From a virus, in the IMG/VR virus record IMGVR_UViG_3300005805_000056, positions 1 to 64,000 of that record: 64,000 bases of DNA. One strand, written 5' to 3'. Of this stretch, positions 1-9,548 are shown piece by piece. The notes beneath the pieces were generated by a model, which saw only the letters and a program-made list of their open reading frames with translations, did not search any database and was not told the DNA's origin. The position numbers were made by a program, and so were the translations under genes. Every line of letters starts with the position of its first letter. Position 1 is the first letter of the stretch.

Positions 1-1
1 A

Positions 2-178
2 GCTGGCGAGAGACGTCTGGACCTCATATCTCAGCTACATTATGGCACTCCAGAGCTGTGGTGGGTCATTGCACTAGTAAACAATCTTATCGATCCAATT
101 GCGGGTGTAGCATCTGGAGCTGAAATCCGCATTCCACTAAGATCAAGATTGTCTGCACTTGGAATTCTAAACGTATAG
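2..178 (+). CDS. Partial (5'-truncated) baseplate wedge protein, T4 gp53/LysM-like
   Basis: Not in ORF track; frame 2 reads ...RRLDLISQLHYGTPELWWVIALVNNLIDPIAGVASGAEIRIP...*, matching the RxDxIS-YG-LWWVI-N-I-DP pattern of gp53/tail-X LysM proteins. Confidence 0.8.
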   Translation, partial: AGERRLDLISQLHYGTPELWWVIALVNNLIDPIAGVASGAEIRIPLRSRLSALGILNV

Positions 179-181
179 TCT

Positions 182-697
182 ATGTTCCTCACAACTCAAG
201 AGTTAGAGTCAATTATTGATTTGCCCATATCAATGCCAAGCACCCTGGTCCGTTCAGGCGATTGGCTTGTGGTTGCAACATTCAGCCTGAGTGAAGGCCA
301 GACTCTTGTCTACAAGGACATGAATCTGACAGTCACTAGTGCTTCAATTGCTGGCGTGGATCTTCCTTTGGGAAATCAATGTAACCAGTTTAACATCAAG
401 CTGCTGAACAACAGCTATGGTATTTCATACATTGGCATTGCAAAGGACTTCTCTGCAACAACTGATCCTCAGAGTGTTACGTGGGTTGGTACTGCGGCTG
501 ATGTGATTTCAGCCGATTCGGTTGGCACATACGTTAGAGCCAGCTCTGCTGCAGAGTTGGAGATCACTGAGCCTGGTTTCTATTCGGTGGTGATTGTGAA
601 TAACTGTGAAAGCACCACCTCAACAGTGACCACATCACAGCTATACAACGTTGATTTGAAGATGATTGTGTCATCTCAGATTCGGTTAAAGCTATGA
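182..697 (+). CDS. Putative virion structural protein (paralog of 694..1371)
   Basis: 171-aa beta-rich S/T/V ORF following the gp53-like gene; N- and C-termini align by eye with the next ORF. Confidence 0.55.
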   Translation: MFLTTQELESIIDLPISMPSTLVRSGDWLVVATFSLSEGQTLVYKDMNLTVTSASIAGVDLPLGNQCNQFNIKLLNNSYGISYIGIAKDFSATTDPQSVTWVGTAADVISADSVGTYVRASSAAELEITEPGFYSVVIVNNCESTTSTVTTSQLYNVDLKMIVSSQIRLKL

Positions 698-1371
698 TAA
701 CGCCACAACAATTTAGCAGCATAAAGACCATTGGTGGTTGTCTACCTGAAACCGTCATAAGTCCTGGAAAATCAGTGACAGTTTCACTGGTTCAGCTGGC
801 CTATCTGGATGCCTTGTCAGTACCATGGATTTGCATGCACGTCACTGATCTGGTTGGTGTTCAAAGAAATAGCTTGCTGGCTACAGCATCAAAAGCAGTT
901 GATACATCACCTGGTGCCACAATGACTGTGACGTCAAATGAGCCATTCTTTCTCTCATCTGATGTGGGTTCCATGATAACGTGGTCCAATAACCAACAGT
1001 CCTACGTAACTGGGTATCTGTCATCCACTCAAGTTCAAGTGGTAAACTCCACGGGCATCACAAACCCTGCCACTGGAGCTCAAGATAGCTATTTCATTTT
1101 GACACCCACGGTGCCCAACATCATAAATAAGTCTATGGGCGCTGCAGTCTGTGGCATACAGTCAACATCGCCTGACAAGTTCAATCTTCCTGGCGGCTAT
1201 CCTGAGTCGATTCTGACAACATCCTTGATTGGTGTTGTAGCCGGATCACCTTTTCAACCCAGACGATACACGGGCCCAGATAAGATTGCTGTCTCTGTTC
1301 TTAACAATACCAGAAACTTTGAGTTGCATGTCGCTGTGAATACCGCCATGCGATACACTCGTGGCATATGA
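694..1371 (+). CDS. Putative virion structural protein (paralog of 182..697)
   Basis: 225 aa; ATGA overlaps with both neighbours; beta-rich composition. Confidence 0.55.
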   Translation: MITPQQFSSIKTIGGCLPETVISPGKSVTVSLVQLAYLDALSVPWICMHVTDLVGVQRNSLLATASKAVDTSPGATMTVTSNEPFFLSSDVGSMITWSNNQQSYVTGYLSSTQVQVVNSTGITNPATGAQDSYFILTPTVPNIINKSMGAAVCGIQSTSPDKFNLPGGYPESILTTSLIGVVAGSPFQPRRYTGPDKIAVSVLNNTRNFELHVAVNTAMRYTRGI

Positions 1372-3680
1372 TCCAACAGCTTAAGATTCCACCTCAGATT
1401 CCTGATGCCATAGTTGACACCACTGGAACGATTTTGTACAATCGTCCAGCTTCAAATGTCCTCTATGTCAATGGCACACTTGTGTCAGAAGGTTTGGTTG
1501 TTCCAACAGGTGGTACTCTTGTTGAGACATCCACTCTGATAAACCCATACGGTCTTTTTGACTGGTATGATTATCAGAAGAGAGATTTGGAGCTTATTGG
1601 ACGTGACCACGCAGTGGCCGCAGCAGTGGTTACAGTGAGCTCTAATGCGGCCACAGTCTTTGGCACTCGTGTTGAGAGACCTCGTCAGTTGGGCATGACC
1701 TATCCAGTGCTACCTGACTCATCTGCGGATAGGTCCATAACAGTTAATCAATTTGGCACAGTTTCCTATGTGGTTCCTTCGTCTGTTCCCTATGATGAGG
1801 TGACAGCTGATAAAGATCTCTATGGCAGAGATCTTTTGCTACATGAAACTCTAGCCAGAACGTCCAATATTTTTGTCAACCCACCTGTGATCAGTGTTGA
1901 TACCCATGGCACGGCAGTGGGTAGTATCAACGATGTTTGGTCATTCGCAGACGGAAGTCCAGTCAATGAAGGTATCAACCCAGTTTTACGTTTAGACGTT
2001 GATCTGTTCTCAAAGCCGGATAAGACCTTGGCTTTTAATGACAACAGTCTTGGTGTCTATGTTGCCAACGTAGAAAACTTCTTAAAGAACCCGTTCATTA
2101 CAGCTGAACAGCTGATAATTCAAGTAGTTTCTAGTGGCACTACAGGCCTAGAAGCAGAGTGGTATAGCCACGATCCCTCTCAAGACACGGCCCATACTCG
2201 TGTTTGGGTCGCTGAGCCAAGACTGACAGGAAGATACAAGATCGTTTACTACACTGACACTGGCTTGCTGAGGTGGTATCCTCCTAGTGCTAACACAATT
2301 CATATACCACAACCTCAGCCTTTTGTAAATAACTCCACGGTTATTAGTGGACCTGGAACTGACCAAATCGATTTCGTAGTAAACACATTGGCCAAGCAAG
2401 ACAGTGCATTTTACGCTCAAAAAGCTGGCCAACTAGTGTTAACTGAAGGACAGTCGAAATCTTCTCTTCTTTCCGGAGCCTACTGTGCGGCTATAGACCA
2501 AGGTGGTTTGGTGCAAAATGTTCAGTTGACACTAACCAACGCCATACGGCTCCAGTCCCTTCCTGCCATAACTGCGGGTGATGTCTATGTGGGCATGACA
2601 ATCATACCACAGTCTTACTATGAAGTGCTTGGATGCCAACTGAATGGCCTCACACCCACTCAAGACTCTGGTGGATTGTTCCCAGCTGCGGTATCTACCA
2701 CGGCTGACTACTCGTTTGAACTGTTGCCTGGAAACTATCAGTTTGAGGTCTCTTACACAAACTATGGCGGTGACACCCCTAATGATTTCCCTGTGCTGAT
2801 CTCATTTGGTGGTTCCATAGTCAGCACATCTCCACTTGTTTTTGGAGCAGAGGGTTATCAAGATGGTGATGTTGTCAAGAAAACATTCAATCTTTTAGCC
2901 ACTGGCACAAATGCCCAACTGTCTATTTCGTGGACGGGCCCAGCAGCTTCCACATCACAGCTAAAAGTGCTTGACATTCGTTTTGTATCGTCTGATGTGA
3001 CTCCACTGTCCATCAAGATGAATGCAGCATTGATGAATGGAAACACAGAAGTGGGATCGGCCTTGTTTGAGTGTAATGGACTCAGAAATAGACCCGATGT
3101 AGCTGTGTTCAAGTTTAGTCCAGGGTCTACAGTTTCTAATCCTTCTATCCTTGTAAATCTCGTACAGAATTCAAATCTTCCAGCTCTCGCAATCAACCAA
3201 GTACAGCTTGGAAGAAGCAAGAATCTGGCTCTATCACAGAATGTTGACGGCCTTGGAAACTATCCATGGTCTATGCTTAACAGGGCTTTCAATAGCGTTG
3301 TGGATTCTTTCAATGCTATTGCCGACTATCAAGACCCAAGAATAGAAGTGTCTTCAACGGTGTATCAGTGGAATAGGTCTTCAACGCAAAATTGGATTTC
3401 ACAGTTGGAGACCCAAGAAACGCGATTCAACCTCGCTTTTAGGCCTGCGGGTCCCCTTGATGTTGGAAACCCTGCTATTATTCCAAATGGTCTTCAGTAC
3501 CTTACATCTGGCACGCTTGGACTAAGTGATGGGTCTGTCCTTTCTCTTTCTGAGATAACCAGCCCACAATTGCTGTCTGCCACAGCATGGATGTTGACGC
3601 AAGGTTTCTACGTGGCAACTGACGCATTTCTTGGAATTGGCCCAGAAATAATGCCACCGACCAGCAGTGGCACAATATAA
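1368..3680 (+). CDS. Large putative baseplate/tail-associated structural protein
   Basis: 770 aa, low charge, S/T/G/V/N-rich; translationally coupled to the baseplate-like operon; possible jelly-roll segment near residues 450-540. Confidence 0.5.
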   Translation: MIQQLKIPPQIPDAIVDTTGTILYNRPASNVLYVNGTLVSEGLVVPTGGTLVETSTLINPYGLFDWYDYQKRDLELIGRDHAVAAAVVTVSSNAATVFGTRVERPRQLGMTYPVLPDSSADRSITVNQFGTVSYVVPSSVPYDEVTADKDLYGRDLLLHETLARTSNIFVNPPVISVDTHGTAVGSINDVWSFADGSPVNEGINPVLRLDVDLFSKPDKTLAFNDNSLGVYVANVENFLKNPFITAEQLIIQVVSSGTTGLEAEWYSHDPSQDTAHTRVWVAEPRLTGRYKIVYYTDTGLLRWYPPSANTIHIPQPQPFVNNSTVISGPGTDQIDFVVNTLAKQDSAFYAQKAGQLVLTEGQSKSSLLSGAYCAAIDQGGLVQNVQLTLTNAIRLQSLPAITAGDVYVGMTIIPQSYYEVLGCQLNGLTPTQDSGGLFPAAVSTTADYSFELLPGNYQFEVSYTNYGGDTPNDFPVLISFGGSIVSTSPLVFGAEGYQDGDVVKKTFNLLATGTNAQLSISWTGPAASTSQLKVLDIRFVSSDVTPLSIKMNAALMNGNTEVGSALFECNGLRNRPDVAVFKFSPGSTVSNPSILVNLVQNSNLPALAINQVQLGRSKNLALSQNVDGLGNYPWSMLNRAFNSVVDSFNAIADYQDPRIEVSSTVYQWNRSSTQNWISQLETQETRFNLAFRPAGPLDVGNPAIIPNGLQYLTSGTLGLSDGSVLSLSEITSPQLLSATAWMLTQGFYVATDAFLGIGPEIMPPTSSGTI

Positions 3681-3682
3681 GC

Positions 3683-5263
3683 CTAACGCCTAATCATAGC
3701 TGACAACCACCACTTTGGGAAGAGGTTAGAGTTGTAGTCTAGCAGTCTGTTGATATCAGAGTCCATGATGTAGGTGGTACCCTTATCGGTCTCTGATCTG
3801 ACAATTCGTCCACAAGCTTGGACTATGGTCTTGATGGTTTCCATCTTGTACCAGTTGTCATCCACGTCCTTTCGTTTGCATGTGTGCTTGTCTCCCATAT
3901 TTGGGAATGGCACTTTAGCAATGATCTGCCACTCAGCCAATGTGCCAGCAAAGTCAAAACCCTCCGTCATGGATGGGCTGATTATCACTGTGGGCATCTT
4001 TGAGTTTGCGTGGTCATTGAATGCCTGCTCTCTTTCTTCGGCACTCTTGGGATAGATGATACGATTGCTATGTGCAGTATCATTCAAAGCATCATATAAG
4101 GCTTGACCAACTTTGTACGAGTTGCAGTGTATGAGTCCCTTCTTGTCATGGAATTTGTCCATGATTCGAATGGTGTATTTTATCAAGACTGGCAAAGTGG
4201 CATCAATGTTTCTCATGCTCATCGACCCTACAGAGGCGATGTGGATTGGTCGATTTTCCACTGGAAATGTTGAGCCAAGACCAATCCATGCAACGTCATT
4301 AGGATCCAAACCTAATGACTGACAGTAGGTGATTTTGTCGCCTGGGAAAGCTGACATGTGCAAGATTACATCAGAGTCTCCAAAGAGTGATGATGTGAAC
4401 TCGTGGGCATAGAGTGGTCTGGCCGTGTACTGCTTACCCTTAATCTTCTGGTCTTCTTGACTCCAAAACACCCAATCCTGTGGATTGGCATTCATTGAAT
4501 CCAGAGCCCTACATAGCTTTTGAAGCTGCATGGCCAGCTTCATAGCCTTATTGATGTCCTCAACTGCTTCACTGCTGTGGGCCACACTGGCCATGTTTTC
4601 AGCTTTTTCTTTTAGACGGGGTTTATACACGTTGTTACACCACAAAATGAAATGATTTATGCTAGAAAATTCAGGGATCCTGTCCAATACTTCAACATCA
4701 TCCATCTGTTCTTGGCCAACTGTAATGTCAAAGAATCTAACAAGAAGACGTTCGATGTTGTGACACTCGTCCAGCACCATAACTCTTCTAGTGGGCATCT
4801 TGCCCACGTTCAACTTCTCGGTGATAAAGTAGGAATAGTTAGTAACTCCAATGGTAGATGTCAAGAATTTTTCTTTGAGTGGATTGTACTTTGTGCATCC
4901 GCCACACTTGTTCTTTGTACGACCAATCTCACAATTCTTAAATCTGGGTTCATCACACTCATAGGCCGCGGCTGACTTGAGTGACGCACACCCGAACTGT
5001 GGATGCTTTACGAAGTCTTTCTCAAGCTGATCTTGTAGCATCTTTTGAGTTACCAGATAGTATCCTCCTGGCTCACCTCTCAGACTTGATGCATTTTGAC
5101 TGGCTGCCCATAGGCACAAAGTGGCACCAATGGCTGTTTTACCCGTTCCAGTGGGAGCCGAAACAACAATGTGCTTGTACCCGCGTTCTATTGCAGCTTG
5201 GATGAACTGAACGGCTTTGACTTGTTTTTCTCTGGGTTTAGACAGAGGGAAAAAGTCAAGCAT
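3683..5263 (-). CDS. DinG/Rad3(XPD)-family SF2 helicase
   Basis: Q-motif PREKQ, Walker A APTGTGKT, Cys cluster, DECH, SPSMTEGFDF, KVPFP, QACGRIVRSETDKG; start placed at MLDFFP. Confidence 0.9.
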   Translation of the reverse strand: MLDFFPLSKPREKQVKAVQFIQAAIERGYKHIVVSAPTGTGKTAIGATLCLWAASQNASSLRGEPGGYYLVTQKMLQDQLEKDFVKHPQFGCASLKSAAAYECDEPRFKNCEIGRTKNKCGGCTKYNPLKEKFLTSTIGVTNYSYFITEKLNVGKMPTRRVMVLDECHNIERLLVRFFDITVGQEQMDDVEVLDRIPEFSSINHFILWCNNVYKPRLKEKAENMASVAHSSEAVEDINKAMKLAMQLQKLCRALDSMNANPQDWVFWSQEDQKIKGKQYTARPLYAHEFTSSLFGDSDVILHMSAFPGDKITYCQSLGLDPNDVAWIGLGSTFPVENRPIHIASVGSMSMRNIDATLPVLIKYTIRIMDKFHDKKGLIHCNSYKVGQALYDALNDTAHSNRIIYPKSAEEREQAFNDHANSKMPTVIISPSMTEGFDFAGTLAEWQIIAKVPFPNMGDKHTCKRKDVDDNWYKMETIKTIVQACGRIVRSETDKGTTYIMDSDINRLLDYNSNLFPKWWLSAMIRR

Positions 5264-5270
5264 GGTTGTA

Positions 5271-5277
5271 GTAGTTA
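5271..5277 (+). promoter_or_regulatory. Putative late promoter GTAGTTA
   Basis: Recurrent heptamer in a 22-nt divergent gap; ATG at 5286. Confidence 0.55.
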
Positions 5278-5285
5278 CCATAGAA

Positions 5286-5948
5286 ATGAAAGACCTTAAG
5301 GCTTTAATCAACTATCTGTACGATGCTCAGGAGGACAACGATTTTCGTGATGATCTCCTTAATTTAGCTGAGCAAATCAAGACGGAGAACAGGATAGAAG
5401 TTAAAAAAGGACCCTTAAATAAGGCCCTTTCTGCCATCGGTGTCAGTGTGCCAGATGACAAGCTTGTGCCTGAGTATGCGTCTGTGGTTGCTCATTTTGA
5501 TTCTGCTAAAGATTACCAGGCTGCTGTAAACAGCCTCGAGTCTCCAGATGGAATGGAAAAGTTGGCCGAACTTGGCTGGGTGATGAATATCTGTGGAGAT
5601 TCTGATCCAAACCAGACAGATTATCGCATCAGATTCCTTGAGCTAGATCTCCACGATGGCCCTCTTAAGAATGACCAGAAGGATGTCAACCTCGACAAGA
5701 TGATGAGAGATGTGGCTGACACCTTCAGCCACGATGAGGAAGACCCTAAGAGAAAACTACAGGCCAAGGAGACCAATGAGTCCATCATAAAGGCTGAGAA
5801 TCTAATCAAGATGGTCTTGGAGTGCGAGGACGAGGTCAGAGCCTTAAAGAGGCTTGAAACCTCAGAAATTGTAAAAAGAATGAAAGCCAAGGGTTACAAA
5901 GTTGATGCTGCGAAGGTCAATGACATCCTTGGTCGTTCTTCCAAATAA
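5286..5948 (+). CDS. Hypothetical protein (probable head-associated)
   Basis: 220-aa acidic ORF from MKDLKALINY; first gene of a run of coupled late-type genes. Confidence 0.65.
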   Translation: MKDLKALINYLYDAQEDNDFRDDLLNLAEQIKTENRIEVKKGPLNKALSAIGVSVPDDKLVPEYASVVAHFDSAKDYQAAVNSLESPDGMEKLAELGWVMNICGDSDPNQTDYRIRFLELDLHDGPLKNDQKDVNLDKMMRDVADTFSHDEEDPKRKLQAKETNESIIKAENLIKMVLECEDEVRALKRLETSEIVKRMKAKGYKVDAAKVNDILGRSSK

Positions 5949-5949
5949 C

Positions 5950-6489
5950 ATGAGAGACTACGACTCAATTGCCTATCTTTCTGAATCTGTACGAGACAAC
6001 CATCTTGTAGAAGTCTATTCTGGAGAAGGCATTGTTGGTTGGCACGGCAACATAGAGCGTCAACTTGACAGAATGCTCACAACATATGAGGCGGCCAGAA
6101 ACCGTCCATATACTGACAAGCTGTCCACATATCTGAAGATATGGAGAGGCAATCCTCTGTCTGGGTCCATCAACATTGAAGATGTCAATACGCTGGCCAG
6201 CGGAGCAGAGGTTCTGGCTGTCGATAACTGGAACCTAAAGGACTACTTCTCAAACCTAAGAGACCAGCTGAACAAGCTTAAGGCCTCAGAGGAAGAGTTG
6301 CCGAGATCTGCTGCTGGTATTCAACCGGGTCCAACACCTCGCATGGGTTCAATTGGTAAGGAGCTTACTTCAGACTTTGGTGCTGATGCTGACAAATTGG
6401 CCACACCCCCAGCTGAACAGCTTCCACCGACCCCTGGAAGTACAACACCCCAGCCCGCCACGCCACTTACCCCTACTAGAAAACCTTAA
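5950..6489 (+). CDS. Hypothetical protein with Pro/Thr-rich C-terminus
   Basis: ATG 1 nt after previous stop; YLSE-S motif near N-terminus. Confidence 0.65.
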   Translation: MRDYDSIAYLSESVRDNHLVEVYSGEGIVGWHGNIERQLDRMLTTYEAARNRPYTDKLSTYLKIWRGNPLSGSINIEDVNTLASGAEVLAVDNWNLKDYFSNLRDQLNKLKASEEELPRSAAGIQPGPTPRMGSIGKELTSDFGADADKLATPPAEQLPPTPGSTTPQPATPLTPTRKP

Positions 6490-7004
6490 TGAAAACGTCA
6501 CAGATAGCCAAGAAGATTCTCGAGGTACGCAAGCGTCCATCACCATTTATTATGAATGGTGAGTTGATTCTTTTACTTGGCCCAGATGGCTTCCAGGAAG
6601 CCCTGAATCGTCGCTGGCTCATCCAAGACAGTGACAACGGTGCAATGCTCATAACTCCTCTTGAAGCGTTTATTGAGCAAATGAGAACGTTGGCAGAGGA
6701 GGATGACTCAGACTATGAGCCTGGTGTGGGTGATTCAGTCGTTGTTGCCTCTGACGGTGCAACCTACACGGCCACTGTTCAGTCAAAGGAAGGTGACGAT
6801 TACAAGCTTAGCTTTCCTCCTGGCAAAGGACCCAGCAGGGCTGAAACCTCCTACAAGAAGAATCAGCTTAGAAAGTTTGCTCAACCTGAGCAGAAGATTC
6901 AACCAGGCTCAGTGCCAGTGAAACAAAAGCCTGCCTCTGGTCCAACGGTTCCTTACAACCCTGGACCGGGTATGAACCAGACGATTAGACAAATACCTCA
7001 ATGA
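6489..7004 (+). CDS. Hypothetical protein with SH3/Tudor-like barrel
   Basis: MKTSQIAKKILE leader; PGVGDSVVVASDGATYTATVQSKEGDDYKLSF resembles a small beta-barrel. Confidence 0.6.
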   Translation: MKTSQIAKKILEVRKRPSPFIMNGELILLLGPDGFQEALNRRWLIQDSDNGAMLITPLEAFIEQMRTLAEEDDSDYEPGVGDSVVVASDGATYTATVQSKEGDDYKLSFPPGKGPSRAETSYKKNQLRKFAQPEQKIQPGSVPVKQKPASGPTVPYNPGPGMNQTIRQIPQ

Positions 7005-7666
7005 CCATCGAGGAAATCTCTTCGACACTGAACAAAGTCCTCGAAAACGCGGGCTACAAGCCTGTTCGCGTTGTCATTGAGACTAACTCAGCGACTGGTC
7101 GTGATGTCAGTATTACCTTTGATGGCCAGTCACTGCTGGTTCACATCTACCCAGTCCTCATCAAGAAGACATCTTTTGAGGCTATTAAGGCCATACTATT
7201 CGAGCTGGGTGACTTCCTGCTTGGCCAGTGTGGCGAGCACTCACAAGATCTCTGGGAGAAACGTCTTGTAAAAGCAAGACTTGACCAGGTAAACTTGTTC
7301 CAAGGTAAGCTTTCAAGTGGTGAGTACCCATCATTCCAAGCGATTGTTCAGTCCATTGAACGAGCAACAGATCGGTTGGTTGCCATTCACTTATCAAATG
7401 GCCTGCTGTCCAATGGTCAGACGGTCGTATCATCCAAGAACATAAACGTTTTGCAGTGGGGAACCACATCAGAGTTTGCCACAGGCCAGAAACCTTACAG
7501 CCTGATACCACTGGTTTCTGTCTACGCACCCGCTGATGTCTATCAGCACTTCAACGCAGCTTTTGCTGATTGTATTTTATCTGGACTTAGTAGTGTTGCA
7601 GAGACATCTGTGCGAACGGCTTACATGTCTTTGGTGCACAAAGTAACTGAAGCTTTTAGAAAATGA
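7001..7666 (+). CDS. Hypothetical protein
   Basis: 221-aa coupled ORF; N-terminal LNKVLE-N motif. Confidence 0.65.
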   Translation: MTIEEISSTLNKVLENAGYKPVRVVIETNSATGRDVSITFDGQSLLVHIYPVLIKKTSFEAIKAILFELGDFLLGQCGEHSQDLWEKRLVKARLDQVNLFQGKLSSGEYPSFQAIVQSIERATDRLVAIHLSNGLLSNGQTVVSSKNINVLQWGTTSEFATGQKPYSLIPLVSVYAPADVYQHFNAAFADCILSGLSSVAETSVRTAYMSLVHKVTEAFRK

Positions 7667-9306
7667 CAACTTGGGAATACATCATTGATGGCATTTTGGC
7701 TGGTACATCAGCCAAAATGCTGATTGAGCAGCTTAGCCAACTCAAGTCTGATAGAGCTCGTGGCTTAGCCAAGAGAACAGGCCTACCAATTGAGCAGATG
7801 ACAGCCATAGCTGAGATTGACCCAACAGCTAATGGATCCTACATGGATTGGTTGGCCAAGATTGTAAAGAATGCGGGTGGCAATCTCCCTGCGGAGCCTG
7901 ATCAAATCAGAAGTGCGATCGTTGGCTTTGAAGCTGCGAAGAAGATTCCAGCTTTCCAAGGAAACAAAAACATCCTTCAGTATCCAACATTTGATGCTTT
8001 AGCTGATGTAGTAAATCAGTCTCAAAACCTAGCTTCAAATGCCAAGAAAGAGGCTGAAGTTAAGAAGCTTTTTGCTGAGATTGACAAGCGTTTCCCACTG
8101 AGGTTGATCGATCCTACAACAGGCCAACTGGGCAATAAACCTGTGTTGAAGTCTGGTTATTTCCCGTGGTTGATGGGCTTGATCAAGAAGGACGACATTA
8201 TTCTGCCAGAGGATAGCGCTCAGATCTTGGATGCAATCACCAAGTTTGAGGCCAAGCGTCAAGATGCAAACTTCACCGGTGCCAAGAGCATCGAGAGATA
8301 CCCGACCCTTGCATCACTGATCAGTGCCGTTACACGTGGTGAAAAAGGTGAGGAAGTCACCAAGTCTCGTGATCGTCTACCTGATGAGCCTGGAATCAAG
8401 TTTGTTTCAGCCACTGAGAAGTATGGTCACTACTATGATCTCTATGCAGTGACCACACCTGATCAAGCTTCCAAGAATTTTAACCCAGCTGGCATGGGAA
8501 GAAAGTCTGATGGTGGTCAGTTCCGTGGCTGGTGCGTTAAAGATCCGACCTTCTTCAAGAGTGCTTCGTATCGCATGGGTCCAGAAAACCCTGCATATAT
8601 GTTCAGAAAGGATGGCATTCCCTACGCCCTTTCTGATATTTATTCAGGCAATGTAAAAGACCGTGATGACAATGATGCCAATGCTGCCCTATCAGTAGAG
8701 TTGCTTGGCCTTGAAATGCCAGATAAGCTGAGAAAAGCTATCATCAACAAGAACCCTTGGACCAGAAGCCACGCTGACTTGATTGAGAAGGAAGGCATTG
8801 ATCAAGCTGTAACGACTATCTTCAAGAAAGCTGCAGGTGAGTTTGGTGGCTCCAGCACGGCTGCACAGTTGGCTGCTAAAGATGCCATCGAGTTCATGAA
8901 AAACTTCGGTTGGAAATATCCAACTCAAGAGGCTCTTTCATACATCTACTCCAACCCATGGTTGGCAATGGGTTATGCTGCTCGATCCATTAAAGATTGG
9001 GTGCCTGATCTCCATCCTATCATTGAGCAAACTCCTGCTGCTTTGGCTGCCTACTATAGCATCATGGTTAAGGAGCTGAAGAAGGATCCAAGCGGTTTCC
9101 CAGACTACAAGCAGAAGGCTTTTGAATGGGCCTCAAAAGGTAATGGACAATCAGAGGATGGCATCATGTGCTATCTGCCTCTGGCCATGTATGTTCGTAA
9201 CACTGGAGACACCAGTGGTATTACCCCTGAGCTAACCCAGCGCATCAAGAAGGATGCTCCAATTGTCTGGAACTTTATCTCAAAGTCGATGGAACAAAAT
9301 GCCTAA
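7663..9306 (+). CDS. Hypothetical protein with tandem duplicated helical domain and GWCV motif
   Basis: 547 aa; two IDPT..Y..WL..LP...Q I..AI..FE...F.G.K.I..YPT...L repeats. Confidence 0.7.
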   Translation: MTTWEYIIDGILAGTSAKMLIEQLSQLKSDRARGLAKRTGLPIEQMTAIAEIDPTANGSYMDWLAKIVKNAGGNLPAEPDQIRSAIVGFEAAKKIPAFQGNKNILQYPTFDALADVVNQSQNLASNAKKEAEVKKLFAEIDKRFPLRLIDPTTGQLGNKPVLKSGYFPWLMGLIKKDDIILPEDSAQILDAITKFEAKRQDANFTGAKSIERYPTLASLISAVTRGEKGEEVTKSRDRLPDEPGIKFVSATEKYGHYYDLYAVTTPDQASKNFNPAGMGRKSDGGQFRGWCVKDPTFFKSASYRMGPENPAYMFRKDGIPYALSDIYSGNVKDRDDNDANAALSVELLGLEMPDKLRKAIINKNPWTRSHADLIEKEGIDQAVTTIFKKAAGEFGGSSTAAQLAAKDAIEFMKNFGWKYPTQEALSYIYSNPWLAMGYAARSIKDWVPDLHPIIEQTPAALAAYYSIMVKELKKDPSGFPDYKQKAFEWASKGNGQSEDGIMCYLPLAMYVRNTGDTSGITPELTQRIKKDAPIVWNFISKSMEQNA

Positions 9307-9308
9307 CA

Positions 9309-9548
9309 ATGAACGCCAAGCAAATTATCTCTCGAATCCTCAATGAGGCTCCAGCGGCCCCAGTTGAGGAGCCTGTGACTAAGCCAGCGACTAAGCCGAT
9401 GCCCGGACCAGCCAGGCCTGAGACTAAGCCACAGCGCAAGCACCCCAATCCTTTCAGAGGACCACAGCGTGGACCCAAGCCAGCACCCAAGGCCATTGAG
9501 GTCGAAACTGGAACCACAGCTCCAGGCGTATGGCCTGGTTTGAGCTAA
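9309..9548 (+). CDS. Small Pro/Lys-rich protein, candidate internal head protein
   Basis: MNAKQIISRILNE-A leader followed by low-complexity P/K tail. Confidence 0.6.
   Translation: MNAKQIISRILNEAPAAPVEEPVTKPATKPMPGPARPETKPQRKHPNPFRGPQRGPKPAPKAIEVETGTTAPGVWPGLS

Noticed and set aside
5217-5311. Overlapping N-terminal extensions of the divergent ORFs 3683..5311 and 5217..5948
   Set aside because: Starts at 5263 and 5286 remove the overlap and match the recurrent promoter motif
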